DNA from: Chiloscyllium plagiosum
Taxonomy: Eukaryota
Reading direction: 5' to 3'
Assembly: GCF_004010195.1 (NCBI RefSeq)
Contig: NC_057719.1
Coordinates: forward strand, 51,188,608-51,252,607
Length of the DNA stretch: 64,000 nt
The notes under the pieces were generated by a model. It searched no databases. It saw only the letters and a program-made list of their open reading frames with translations, and was not told the origin of the DNA. Shown piece after piece: positions 13,659 to 26,399 of the stretch (positions within the stretch are counted from its first letter, which is position 1; each line of letters starts with the position of its first letter). The position numbers and the translations under genes were made by a program.

Positions 13659-13785
13659 TCATCAGGTTGTCTTTTGCTGCTAAAACCAGATACTCTCCTT
13701 TTGCTTTGTAAGGTCCAATTTGGCATCTTCTTCCAGAACAGATCAGTTTTGCCAGTGTTAAGGACTTGCTCCAGGGGTTCCTTCA

Positions 13786-13918
13786 AGGCAGAAGTGGGTA
13801 CTGCAGATGCTGGAGATTAGAGTGAAGATTAGAGTGGTGCTGGAAAAGTACAGCAGGTCAGATATCATCCGAGGAGCAGGAAAGTCGATGTTTTGGGCAA
13901 AAGCCCATTTTCAGGAAC
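13786..13918 (-). mobile_element. PLE pseudo-LTR tail with degenerate HHR (family of 48176-48379)
   Basis: Closely matches 48180-48259. The minus strand reads CTGAAAA-tGGGC-tttt-GCCC-AAAAC, with both HHR cores mutated. Confidence 0.75.
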
Positions 13919-16600
13919 ATTCTGGGACCTTCTGTCCTAAACGTGCTTCTGCAGCTCCTCTGGGAACTTACCAGTCACTGCATCCATTGTGCGGACCAAA
14001 ACTCTTCTTGAAATGATCAAGCTAACTTGCATTAATTGAAAATTGTCTGGAAGGTGAGGAGGGCCCTTCTGCACCTCATTAATTGTAACTATTATCATCA
14101 GTAACAATACTTTTTTGGTACTTTTATGCACTGCCACAATTTAATATGCCTTGCTTCTAATAATTTGACCATCCAAGTATGGACCTCTCTCCTTACAAAG
14201 GTTAACTTAGTAGTACAGATAGCTGAGACACTATCACCGGCCCCTATTTTAACTTCAGACTGACTTATTACCTAGTTGTAGATTCAATAGCACTGCATTC
14301 CTAGGTCAACATCATAACATAAGCACATATTTGAGCCAATCTAAATTGTCATATTTTCAGCAAGCACTATCACTTTTACAAGCCATTTACTTGGTTGGTT
14401 CAAGTTCAGTAATTTTTAAATAATCATGGTTTAATGGTGCCCTGTACTGTACTCATTGATATTAATAATGAAAAGTACTGAACAGTACTATACAGCTCAT
14501 AATGAACCTAAATATGAACATAAACACTGTACAACATAGAGTGCCCACTTGCAATATGATAGCTGATGCTTAGACAGTACATTTTTTTCCAGTCTTGGAA
14601 ATACAGTATGGTTTGAAAATGTTATCATTGTGCCTGTGTCTTTTCTCAAAGCATTTCATTTTTCTGACTTTCTTTGGCTTCGAAAAACTGTGGGTAAGCT
14701 AACATTGATGCTGCAATGAATAATACACTGCAGAGACTGCTTCATGTGGGAAGTGAATTTGCAAACACTGAAAAGGCAAACAGCAGCACTTTACAGTATT
14801 TCCTTTGGCCTCTACAATAGCTGACTCACCAAAATGTCATTCAGTGTCTTTGTTTTTTTCTGAAGTATATACAAGACAATCTTGGCAAACTGAGTGCCTG
14901 CATATTGGTGGGAACTAGGGAAATGGCAGGAGGTAGAGACAGACTGAGCAAGGTAGGTTTCGTTGGGGTCATATTTCGTTGCATGATCCCTAAGAATACC
15001 CTTAAAGTCTAGGCCTTTAATAAGTCACACATGACTGACTTCAATATTTCAACCCAACAATACACATATATTTTTACATTGCATGAATAGGGGAACAATA
15101 TTATATACTATTTATTTTTATAAACTTTGAAATGTTGCCTATAGATTAAACCACATCATTCCCTCAATGGGCCAATTGTAAAACTAATGTAATTAAGTCA
15201 TATCAGACCAGAAAATCCCAGGTTTGAATATCTCTCTGTGCTGAGTACCTACATTCATCTGTGATAGCTGTTGGGGTGCTATAATTGGTTCTCACACACT
15301 GAGATGAAGAGGTGCAATGTTGGCTGTGCTCCTTCTCCAGATCACTATCTTGTGACCCCAGCTGAAAAGTATGAGTATATATAGACTTCAGCTGAGAACT
15401 GCATCGAGTTTGATGGTGATACTCACTCACACACTGCTTAACGAACTCTCCAATGCTCACACAACACACATGGTGGAATTTCCTTATCCACATGCTACCA
15501 CAGGGCAGCAGGGATCTGTGGAGCCAGAAGGAAAGAATAAAACAACTCTTCAGAATTGTTATTTGAAAAACTTCAAACATGTGGTTTGTATTCATCAGCT
15601 ATGGTTGTACAATCCCTGTAGCTGTCGACTATACAAACATTTCCAGCTCAGAGAAAATGACTGGGAAACCTCCTGCACATAAACTTGGACACAAAGGGAT
15701 CCCCAGTATTGATATGCAAGAATGGCAGCAAGGAGTATAATCTAAATAGAAAACCACTGGGGAGAAAAGGCTAGTTCAAGTTCAGGAGTCAGGTATGCAA
15801 TCATTAAAAGTTAGTTCATGATTGCAATTTAAAAATAACTCATGGAGTGCTGAGTTTTATTGTAAAGTTTAAAATATAAAAGTAAGTATGTGTTCCTGCA
15901 TACAGAGAATTGGGCAGATTTCACAGAGAATATTATCCTCAGTCCTGCATGGTCCAGGCAAATGCGCCAACAAAAGCAGTTGTTTTGGAGCAAACGTTCT
16001 TTTCTTGTCTTGTGTTCAGAACACTCTAGCTTTTAGTTTTGCTAATTTCCTCTCCTTTTCTCCCCTTCTCTATCGCATATTGACTAGTTCTTTGAATTTG
16101 GCACCAATTCAACATTTCTACAGAACAGGATGTTTCCATGAGGCCCTTATATGCTGTGATTTTAATCTTGTGGCTGTGGTTTAGTCGTCAACAAGTTTAC
16201 AGGCAAATTCTCTGCTTAATAAATTTCCTAAGATATGTAACTAGCAGCAGCTGTCACAGTGAAGACTGATGGCCACTGCATTTCATGTTGTTTACGCATT
16301 ATAATATTCACGGATTTGTGATGGTTCCAGTGTCACTAAATAAATGATAACTAAGCATTGATGAGTATGGAATAACTGTCAGAACAAATTGTAATAAAAT
16401 TAGAAATATATGGCCTCTCATGAAAAATAGTAATTGTCAACTGAATTTGAGTAGCTGCATTTATTAGGTACAGCAGATCTGTATCAGTTTGTATCAAACT
16501 AATGGGAGTCTTGTCCGAATGCTAATATTGAGTAATTGGGGTCACTTTTGCACATTCTGTGGATGTTGCAAGTACATTTAGTGATCTATCATGGTAGTTC

Positions 16601-17121
16601 TAGAGTCATAGTGCTGTACAGCATGGAAGCAGACCCATTGGTCCAACTCATCCGTGCCGAACACATATTCATAATTAATCTAGTCTCATTTGCCAGCATT
16701 TGGCTCATATCGCTCTAAACCTTTCCTATTCATATACCCATCCAGATGCCAGTTAAATGTTATAATTGTACCAGCCTCCACTATTTCCTCTAGCAACTCA
16801 TTCCATACATGCACCACCCTCTGTGTGAAAATGTTGCCCCTTAGGTCCCTATTAAATCTTTCTCCTCTTACCCTAAACCTATGCCCTCTGGTTCTGAACT
16901 CCCCCAACCCAGGGAAAAGAACTTGGCTCTTCAACCCATCTATGCCCCTCATGATTTTATAAACCTCTATAAGGTCACCCCGCAGCTTTCGATGCTCCAG
17001 GGAAAATAGCACCAGCCTATTCAGCCTGTCCCTATAGCTCAAACTCTCCAACCCTGGCAACATCCTTGTAAATCCTTTTTGAACTCTTTCAAGTTTCACA
17101 ACATCCTTCCTATAGCAGGGA
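16601..17121 (-). mobile_element. CR1 LINE 3' end
   Basis: Reads YRKDVVKLERVQKGFTRMLPGLESLSY...FTQRVVHVWNELLEE, followed by the CR1 3' UTR. Confidence 0.93.
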
Positions 17122-18716
17122 CATTGTTGAACACACATACCTTTGCTGTAAATTGAGCCAAACGCTAGATGACGTCGTGGTGATGATGTTAGCACATGGG
17201 TAGTAAATACCCACTGGAAGATCAGGCAGATTGTCACATCAATTAATGAGTATTTTGGTGCTTCGTGCTGCAGCTAACATCTTTGTTTAACTTGCAGAAC
17301 TGAACATGCATTCAGCAGCCACTGAGTGACCTCCATCAACGCTATTCAAAAGGATCATCACTACTTGCAGGCTAGTTTACGGGAGACTTTTTCTTGCCTT
17401 TATACAGTTCTACAAATGTTTTATTTAATCTTTCTTGGTTCAAGTTGCAAAAACTTACAGGGTGTGCTATGGCAGGTGCTGATGAACTTTATCCTGAATT
17501 CAGAGATTCTGCACAAACCAGTTGCTCTGACATGGGTGCAGGTATCTCCCTTGGAACACACCATGACTGAACAATTAAGAGTAGCCAGTTAAAGCAGGCC
17601 AAGTTGCTAGATGAGGGAGGAGGAGAATGGGTAGAAGAGGCCTTAGGAGCAAGAAAAAGCCCAGAAAAGATGTGTGATTTTGGAGAGGCAAGTGCATGCT
17701 GCTGGTGCTACAACCATGTGAATTTCAAAATTATAAGACCATAAGACCTAATTATTGAGGATCAGAATTAAGCAGTTCGACCCACTGAATGTCATTGAAT
17801 GATCCATAGATGTCAACGTCTGTTTTTATAAGGAAGTAAAGGAAGTTAAAATGCACCAGAAATTATAATGCCAGTTTTAATAACAGGTTAAAGGATATTA
17901 AATGTAGTGAATGTATTTATCTCATATGCTTTCTTTATTAAATAATTAATTAGACAGTCTGGGTCTTGAGGTCTGACATGATTGAGGCTGAATGAGTTGA
18001 TACAGCAGGCATAAAGGCAAAGGAAGGTGTAAGGGGTTCATGGAATGGCAAGAGTAAGCAGTAAGTTGGTATGGTGGCTATAAATGCCTTTGGACTAAGA
18101 AGAAGGATATTGGTTGCCATGGAGATATGAGAGGCCATATTGAGATGAGTAATAAAGCATAGTTTGATACAGGTGGTATGAGGGGCAATTGGGGTAGGTG
18201 ACATAAGTAAAGATGGTAGAGATAGGCATGGAAGTTTGGGGATTATCTTGGAGTATGAGGAGGGAGGACTGGAGGGATGTTTTTTCTTCCCTTTTCTTAA
18301 AGAAATTGCAGGTGTAGTGGGGCAGATCTTCCAGTTAATTTGACTCAGAATTCAGCAACCTCTGCACTGTTTCAAAGGTCACCTGATATGACGCACATAA
18401 AACCCAGCCCAACTGGAACTAAGTTAGGACTTCAATGCGCTTTCTCCTGGTCTGCAGGAGACTCTGCACTCTTGACTTGTAGCAAATATTCAGATATTTG
18501 CCTCCATAATTTCTTTTGTTTCAGGAGCTCTTGCTCCAGCTCGCCAGGTTGAATTTCATTGGTATCTATAAAAAGCAAAACGCAAGAGGAAAGTTGTGGT
18601 TAACAGTAAGAAGTAGATGCTTGTACTATCTGCAAGTTCTAAACCAGAAGAGAGTGCAGGATGAGAGAAAATGCAACTTAAGGTGGAGGACTAGGTATAA
18701 AGATATAGTGATCTTT

Positions 18717-18958
18717 AACAAAAACAGAAGTTGCTGGTAAAGCTCAACAGGTCTGGCAGCATCTGTGAAGAGAAATCAAAGTTAACATTTCGGGTCCAGT
18801 GACCCTTCCTGGAGTTCTGAGGGAGTTCTGAGGAAGGGTCACCAGACCAGAAACATTAACTCAGATTTCTTTTCACAGATACTGCCAGACCTGCTGAGCT
18901 TTACCAGCAACTTCTGTTTTGTTTCTGATTTACAGCATTCACAGTTCTTTTGGTTTTT
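18717..18958 (+). mobile_element. Fold-back PLE-derived insertion with HHR and 14-bp TSD
   Basis: Imperfect inverted arms at about 18720-18810 and 18830-18920. HHR AGTT-CTGAGGA-A-GGGTC acca GACCA-GAAA-CATT-AACT at 18824-18861. TSD atatagtgatcttt at 18703-18716 and 18959-18972. Confidence 0.85.
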
Positions 18959-19450
18959 ATATAGTGATCTTTGATATTTTCAGCCCTGTGTCTTGCAAAA
19001 ACTCTAGAATTGACCTAATGTGGTACGCTGAGCACTGGAAAGCCAGTGATGCAATCAGTAGGAAATGGCATTTGAAGGTGCATTCATTGACCTTGATGGT
19101 CACATGAAGTCATTAGACAACTTGTGGCTCCTGCTAACAGGCTGTCAAGGTGAGACCCTCAACATTGGTCACCCTGACTATCTGCTCACATTGTCTCCTG
19201 AGTATGTGTGTGGAGGGTTTCCTGACCTCTGCAGATACAGGTGCTGGCTCCTCCTTTCTATCTCCTCCATCAAGGCCTCCTATGCTGTATTCAGAAAACT
19301 TGGAGCCTTCCGTTTCCCATGTTTGCCAGAGAAGTAACGCTTCCTGCATTTTTACCTCCCTCTTAAACTTGGAGACCCAGAATTATGACTGACATAATCA
19401 CACATTAACCCCAACACCTTCAATGAGAATTTTAAACAAAACATTTTCAC

Positions 19451-19576
19451 TTAAATCATACAGTTAGACCTCAGTGACCAATCTGAGATGACTCACCAGA
19501 ATTATTTCTGTTGATATATAGACAACTTAAAATTAAATTATATTGTTAGACCTCAGGATGTCAATCTGAGATGACT
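19451..19576. repeat. Degenerate direct duplication with period of about 82 bp
   Basis: ttaaatcatacagttagacctcag..caatctgagatgact (from 19451) recurs as ttaaattatattgttagacctcag..caatctgagatgact (from 19533). Confidence 0.7.
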
Positions 19577-19618
19577 GTGATTATCAAGCTACCTTTAATC
19601 AGTTTGCTGTGATTAACT

Positions 19619-19782
19619 TAAAATGAAGAATTGTGGATGCTGGGGATCTGAAACAAAAACAGAAATTACTGGAAATTTGGCAGCATCTGTGAAGACAAAA
19701 CAGAGTTAACCTTTTGAGTCCAGTGACCCTTTTCAGAAATGGACCAAACCTGCTGAGGTTTTCTTCCAATTTCTGTATTTGC
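19619..19782 (-). mobile_element. Partial fold-back PLE-derived insertion with 14-bp TSD
   Basis: Same family as 18717-18958. Minus-strand HHR remnant ttCTGAAAAgggtcactggactc. TSD tgctg(t/c)gattaact at 19605-19618 and 19783-19796. Confidence 0.7.
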
Positions 19783-20864
19783 TGCTGCGATTAACTGTTT
19801 TATTTCAACGTGAACTGGCCTATTCAGTTTTGCAGAGTCATTGCCATTAATAATGTCGTGATTAGGTATTACATCAATCTGATTTCCACAAAACAAATAC
19901 TGCTCATAGTCAGTTATTAATGATGATCAGCACCTTTTCCAGCCACAGTGCATCTCTCCTTTAAGAGAGAAGGATTAATTTAAATGGTGGTACTTACTCA
20001 CAGTATTGGCCCACTGCTGATGCATCCAGCCAAGTAGTAGTGTGGTTAGTGTTGACTGCATGCTGAAATCATTTAAACCAGCAGGCAGCATAAGTCTGGC
20101 ATGCTGACTACGTTGCAACGAATAGGCGCTGAGCTAATCACACATCATTATCTCCTTGGTTATTTATGTGAGTTGTGCAATCCAGTTCCTGAAATGATCA
20201 GCAGATTTAAGCTTGATTGGTTCCCTGTTTGTAAAATATTTTACATTAGTTCAAGAGCTGCCTCTTTTAAAAGCAAATGTTATTTGTTGAAGAACATTAA
20301 AAATGTAAAAGGCCTTTGAAAAGCCAGGAAAATGGGACCTCCTCTAGGAAGATCATCACTTCCCGAGCATTCAATTTTCTTCCTTGAGCACAACATTAAG
20401 ATGTATGTTTTTGTTTGAATTATATCAATTATTTTCTCTGAACCAGCAGCATTTCTGATTACTGTAAAATGAGAAAACTAGAAGAGGGCTACATTAATTA
20501 TAAAGTTCCTATGTGTAGCAGAACTGTAACCATACATCTAGGAGGGATAGGAAAGAAAGAAATCTTTAGTTGCTTTTGTCTTCAATTCATTCTTTTCCTG
20601 GAATGTTTGTTACCTATCTGAGTTTGTATTCATTTCCGACTAATGAACACTTTCTTTTCTCATCCAGTGGAGACATTGAGTTTGAAGGTTGTCAGTAAAG
20701 CTGAATCACTAGCAAAGCATCCATCAGAGGAATATTTTGCAAATTCATGCTGATGGCAGGGAACATTAACCATTGTTACCATCTGTTGTACACTATGAGA
20801 TGAGAATTGATGGGCAGAAAATTATGAGTCATGCACATACAAGATATTTTCTAATCAACCTGTT

Positions 20865-20960
20865 CAGAGATGTTATCACACACCTCCAGAGCCAGTGGGA
20901 CTTCAAACTGGGCGGCTTGGTTTAGGAGTAGGGACACTATCACATTGGTATAAGAGTGCC
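20865..20960 (-). mobile_element. tRNA-derived SINE 5' fragment
   Basis: The minus strand has an A-box-like gtgatagtgtcc and a B-box-like gtttgaagtccc. Confidence 0.45.
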
Positions 20961-23069
20961 TTTCTAGTGCACATTTAAATCTATGGGCATGTATTTCCAA
21001 GGGCTGAGGCAACATAGAGTAATAAAATTATCCCTCACAACTCAATGTCCACACTTAGTTACAGAATTGGTATGAATACCACCACGGCTCTGGTGTAAAT
21101 CCAGCACCGTACTATTTACAAAATCACATGGACTATTCCTTTGGAATCACTGACTTCCTTCAGAAATGAAGTGCGAGCATGCTTATCAATTCTTGGTGAC
21201 ACAATTAACAAAGTCTGATCAACATTGTTAATAGAGCTATTCTGATTATCTCCATAATGGCAGACTGATATTATTAATTAAAGTGGCATGTCAGAGAGAC
21301 AGCAGATCCCCATACTTTTATCTATTTTTCTAAACACCACAGCCTAGGCACACTCCAGTGTTCCAACAGAAGAATTAAGCTACTTTGTCTTGTGCCCTTG
21401 CAAACCAAGCAGTTCTGTTTCATTTCTCTCTTCAGTCTCCTAAGCTTATTGTTGTGCTCAAGAAATACATAGAATCATTGCAAATTTTTTGGGACAGACA
21501 TTTACTATGTTGTTTTCAGGAAAGACAGTCTGGCTATAAACAAGTACTTTCCAGCTAAGGAAGCAGGATGCACAGATTCATTTAAAAACATTGCTGGAGG
21601 GAGTCGGCAGAGGTATCAACAAGAAACAGCAAGAACACTTTAACAGTGAAAGAAGATTGCCCTGAGGGTCTGTCACCCCAGTGGTTGTCTATCAGATTAA
21701 TACTTGCCCAGTTTGTCAACCACCCATCACTTTACTTTGCAATGTTTGTCTTTTCTAGAATAGGTTTGATTCTTCTTTTGTGTTTTGATCTTAATTTCAT
21801 CTTTCCAAAATTTCTTTCTTGTTGCTGTCTGTCTGGTTGCCTTTCTGTACTTTAATATCATGTCTTTATTTTCATCCCTTTGTTCTTTGGATTTGCCTTA
21901 ACTTCTGTGTTTTTTCTTCTTTTTAATGTTATTGGAACACCTCCCAATTTTCACTCTTCCTCTTCTGAAGTTGCTAATCCCCGCTGTTGTATCGTTCCTC
22001 GAGTGCCATCTGTTCTCTGGTACCCAAATAACCGCTCATTGTGTGTAAAGCTTTCACATCATCCTCCCAGCCCTGAGCAATGCTATTTCCCAGAGAAGGC
22101 AAAAACAGACAGTAGAAAATAATCTGCAGCCAATTCAGTAAAAACTCCTGTGAAATTTCTCTCCTGTTTTTCAAGTTCATCAAACAAACTTCAAGCGAAA
22201 TTTTCAGCAGGAGTCACTGGATAACATGGAGCAGTAGTCCATTTGGCTTTCCATTTTCGCTTTTACCTTCGACATGATGAGGTCAATGAAATTCCTTAAA
22301 TTGATGTTTTGCCAGTGATGAGCTACCTCAACAAGGATCAAACATGTTTCTATCAATTAAGTATAGACTTCTGGTTGTAGGTATCCATCAAGCCAGCCAA
22401 AATGATTAGTTGTTCCACTTGAAGGAAGGGGACATGGATCAATCTGCAACTCCCAGTATTGCAGAACTATGTCACATCCACAGTAATTTTAACACACTGT
22501 ACACCTTTCCTGTATGTTTCCTGGCTCCTTGGACACTCTTGTCATTTTTGAGTGGTTGTCCCATCATTTTTATGTGGAAAACAAAGCTATCAAATGCTAA
22601 TTAGGCCTGTCAGTAAAATAGCTGAATTCAACTCTCAATCCCTATAATTCCTCGCTCTCTTCCTCATCCTTGTCAGCGAAATAGACACATATTCAGTAGG
22701 TAGCACCAAACTTGAATATTGTTGAAAAATGACACATTTTGCAAATTTTTTTTATTTTGCAGATATAAGGACAATTCATAAGAAATACCAAAGTAAAATG
22801 AAAGCAACATTTCTGAGAGGAGCATACCGTTGGTTAATACATGAACTCTGTTTGATAGATCTGTTTTCATTGAGTACAGCTCAGTTGATGTTAACTGCCA
22901 AACTTTGTTTCAATTATAAACAAGGCAGATTGACTCTGATTAGTCAAAGCATTGCTCCAAAAAATGAACAACAGAATGGCTGTCATCTACTTTGTTGCAT
23001 TGAAACTTGCTGTATGTAAAAACTTTCATTCTACCTGGAATAGGGCCCTGTATATAGTTTATGTATAAG

Positions 23070-24525
23070 TTAAGTACACAAAAGGGACTTGCATATTGAT
23101 AGCAACACAGTGTCCATGTGTTCATCTGATACTACCAGCCTATTTACCAAAGTACCACTCAAGAAAGCCATAGACATTTGTGCTGTAGCATTGCATCATG
23201 GTGATTTATACCTGCCCCCATTGTGTGAGTCATTCCATATGAATTCAGATACTCAAACAGTTGTGTTCAGTTTTAATGCCACTATGTAGATCCAAATAGA
23301 TTGCATTGCCATGGAATCCCTGATGCACCTTGTAAATATTTTTGTTGGGTTCCATTAAAAAAAGTCTTCAATGGAATGACACTTAACTTCCTATCCATTG
23401 CATATAGCTAATATTTGGATCATGGGTTTACCATGTTTGAGTCTGCAGTTGCATGTAAGACTTTTCTTCCATGTCTTAATGGGCTCCCTCCTATGATCAA
23501 ATCTACTTTCGAAATTGGGCAATGAAATGAGCTCTTTCTTTTATCTTCCACTTAAGGAATTGATTAAGGAGCTCTCTTGTACTGTCTATAACAAACCTAC
23601 CTTAATTGGTCAATATTTGCAATGGGATTCCCATCGTTCCACACTCCATCAGACAGGCCTTATTGCCAACGTCATCAATAAGGCCTAAGCCATTTGTCCA
23701 CCTTGATACTGAAATCGGGCACATCAAACAATATAATGATTAACTTGATCAGATAATTTCTCACTGTATATCACACAAAATCATGAAAAAACTTAAGGTT
23801 GTCACTTTTGGCCTTTTCTATCTCAGATTAGGATACGGCATCTCAAATGTTTGAGCAACAAGTGAAGTAAGCATGGTTTATGCTGTTAGGATACAGTAGC
23901 AGGATTCTGTCAACAAGGCAGAAAGACATTCCGCCTAGCATACAAATCACTTGGTACATGAACTTCAGTATACAGACCTTACATCCCATATCAAGCAGAA
24001 TTACCCTTCTGCTGTTTGCGATAAGCAAGGTACTGACTATATTCAATCAGCCCACACTTGCAAAACTCACAACACACTGTATAATATTAGGTGTGATTCT
24101 GCAATTGGGCAATATTTGCTGGATATTCCTAAGTAGAAAAAGAAGTATGCTGACAACAAATTTAGGATTGCCAGTTGGGTTCACAGTATTGCACATGGGT
24201 GTACTGGAAACAGGCCCCTATTCTTTCCAGTCAAAAGAATGCCTACACACACTGTGCTTGTTTCAAATGAACAAAATAGTTGCCAACAATCTGTGGTTCA
24301 TTACCAATGGGCAATTCCTTTACAAATCAGAGTCAACGTGTCTTGTTTAATACTTAAACAAAACTTTGCATTTCACCGTCAGTCATCACTAACTCTGCAC
24401 TTGATCAGCACTCTCCTCTCATACAATATAAATGTTGTTTTCTCTTTACTTTGGCATTTCTTGTGAATTGTCCTGGGGAGTGCAACATGAAAAGCTTTGA
24501 CAAAATGTGGCTTCTTTCAGCAAAA
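23070..24525 (+). mobile_element. Decayed Penelope-like element (RT, GIY-YIG remnant, pseudo-LTR with HHR remnant)
   Basis: Reads SSDTTSLFTKVPLKKAIDI, QIDCIAMES..LVNIFVG, VYNKPTLIGQYLQWDS and CDSAIGQYLL. HHR remnant TTGTC-CTGGGGA...GAAAAGCTTT-GACAA at 24468-24503. Confidence 0.85.
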
Positions 24526-26076
24526 CCAAAAGTCCCCAATCCAGGTCTTGATTGTGAAAAAAGATTCGACATGTGGGATTTCTGAACTGCTTATATACTT
24601 CCTTTCAGGGACAGGATGATGATAGCGTGATTAGTCAAACCTTGTAGGATTATACAGCTACTGTTATACAATAAATTCTGGTTTTCATCATTGAGACAGC
24701 TAGCTAATGAAGAATCTTGCTGAATAACTTAACTGTAGGGTTCCCCATGATTACCCAAGAGGTGAGTGTGAAGAGATACTCAATCCTTAAGATTCTCTTC
24801 TATCCTTTTTGCTTTCCTGAAAGTAACAAATAAAGCTGACAACCTCAAATCCCAAGTGATCATTATTCACATGCAAGTCTAGACATGTGGAGACTTTTTA
24901 ACATGGTGGGCTAGGGGAGTGTAAATAGAATTCAAGCCAAGCCAAATGCTCTTAACACAGATGCATGTCAAGAAAAAGTAGCTGATGAAGAGGGAACCTT
25001 GCTTCTTTGCCCTCTCTTTCTCTGGCACTGGGTCACTGGTACTACTTACAGTGTCCCCACCTTAACACAGGCCATGAATCAAATATGGCATTTTTCTAGT
25101 CTTTAGTGCATAGAACTATAACATTCAGGACACTTATCTATCTTGAACAGTGAGTGAGCCTATATTAAATCTAGGAATTGATTCATTGTAAAGAACAGGG
25201 ACGAAGGATGTTTTGACCTTTCCCACCATTGTTCTGTGACTACAAAGCCCATTGCCCAGTATAGCTGGGTTGCAGGAAAACAAGCAGTCAGATCTTCAAT
25301 TAATGAAAACACCATGAATAAGATAATGCTACTGAGTGTTGGTTTTCATGAGGAGTTTTTGGGATTGGCTTGAATACAAGATGTACATATGATGGTGGAA
25401 GATTGGAATTGAGTCATCCTCCAAGGCACATTTGATGTCAATATCAAAGGAAGATTTATATGTAATTGTCCAGGATAATTATGATGATGGAGTTGGTTCA
25501 TTAATAGAGAGACAAATCTCTTCCTGGGAGCTGAGGCATTTTCCATAAGGATTAGACTAGATTGGAAATTATTACTCAAATATGCTGACTTCTCCTATCT
25601 GGATCAATGACAGAAAACTCTGCAATGAGGAACTGCATGGTGTTGGCTAGTTATACTCCATCAGATCTGTTAAACACATTGGGAAGCCTAAAACTTCTGT
25701 TCTAATCAATCTAAGCTCCTACATTAAAGTAATTAGGATGCCTCCCTGTAGGGAGAGTGTGTTGTCTCCACAGAGAGAGCTCTACCATATCTGTTAAAGT
25801 AGATCAAAAATTAACATAGACCATTAGTTTTAGAAAGACCTGAAACAGCCTCCAAAATATGGCAATAGCGGAAGAACCCTGATTATAAACTTGTTTAACT
25901 TTGCCTTCAGAAACAAGTACAAGGAGAATGAATTCATTATCTCAAAAGATCCAACTAATTAATCAGCTGTCTCTGTTACTTCACCTTTCTCCTAGTCCCC
26001 TGGGACTCACATCCCCGAAGGACTTCCCTTGACAAAATCCTGAATTTGCATCAAAAGTCCCATCTTCAAACTCCCT

Positions 26077-26112
26077 TTCCTAAAATGCTGTTAGTTCCTA
26101 AAATGCTGTTGG
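26077..26112. repeat. 18-bp tandem duplication
   Basis: ttcctaaaatgctgttag followed by ttcctaaaatgctgttgg. Confidence 0.8.
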
Positions 26113-26399
26113 TTGCCAACTCTATTCCCATCTCCTTGATGAACTCCATGTTTAAATCCCTCCAATCGGGTAGCAAAAAACACCCAATAAAGTCATGGAT
26201 GATATCCCATGTGACCGTAACTGCATGTATACCCCAGAAGAGGATACTTCCTTTAGAATTGGGCTGTTCTCCTCTTGGCTTCTGCCTAGTTTTCATATAT
26301 ACTCTGATCACAGCTAGTTCTCACATACCAGCACCTCTCTCCATCACTGCACTGGTCTTTAAATGGTCAGATTACGTGTTCAAAATCCTATTCTGAATG

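Noticed and set aside
15203..15682. Overlapping 130-aa and 103-aa ORFs
   Set aside because: No motifs or consistent splice signals; compatible with chance.
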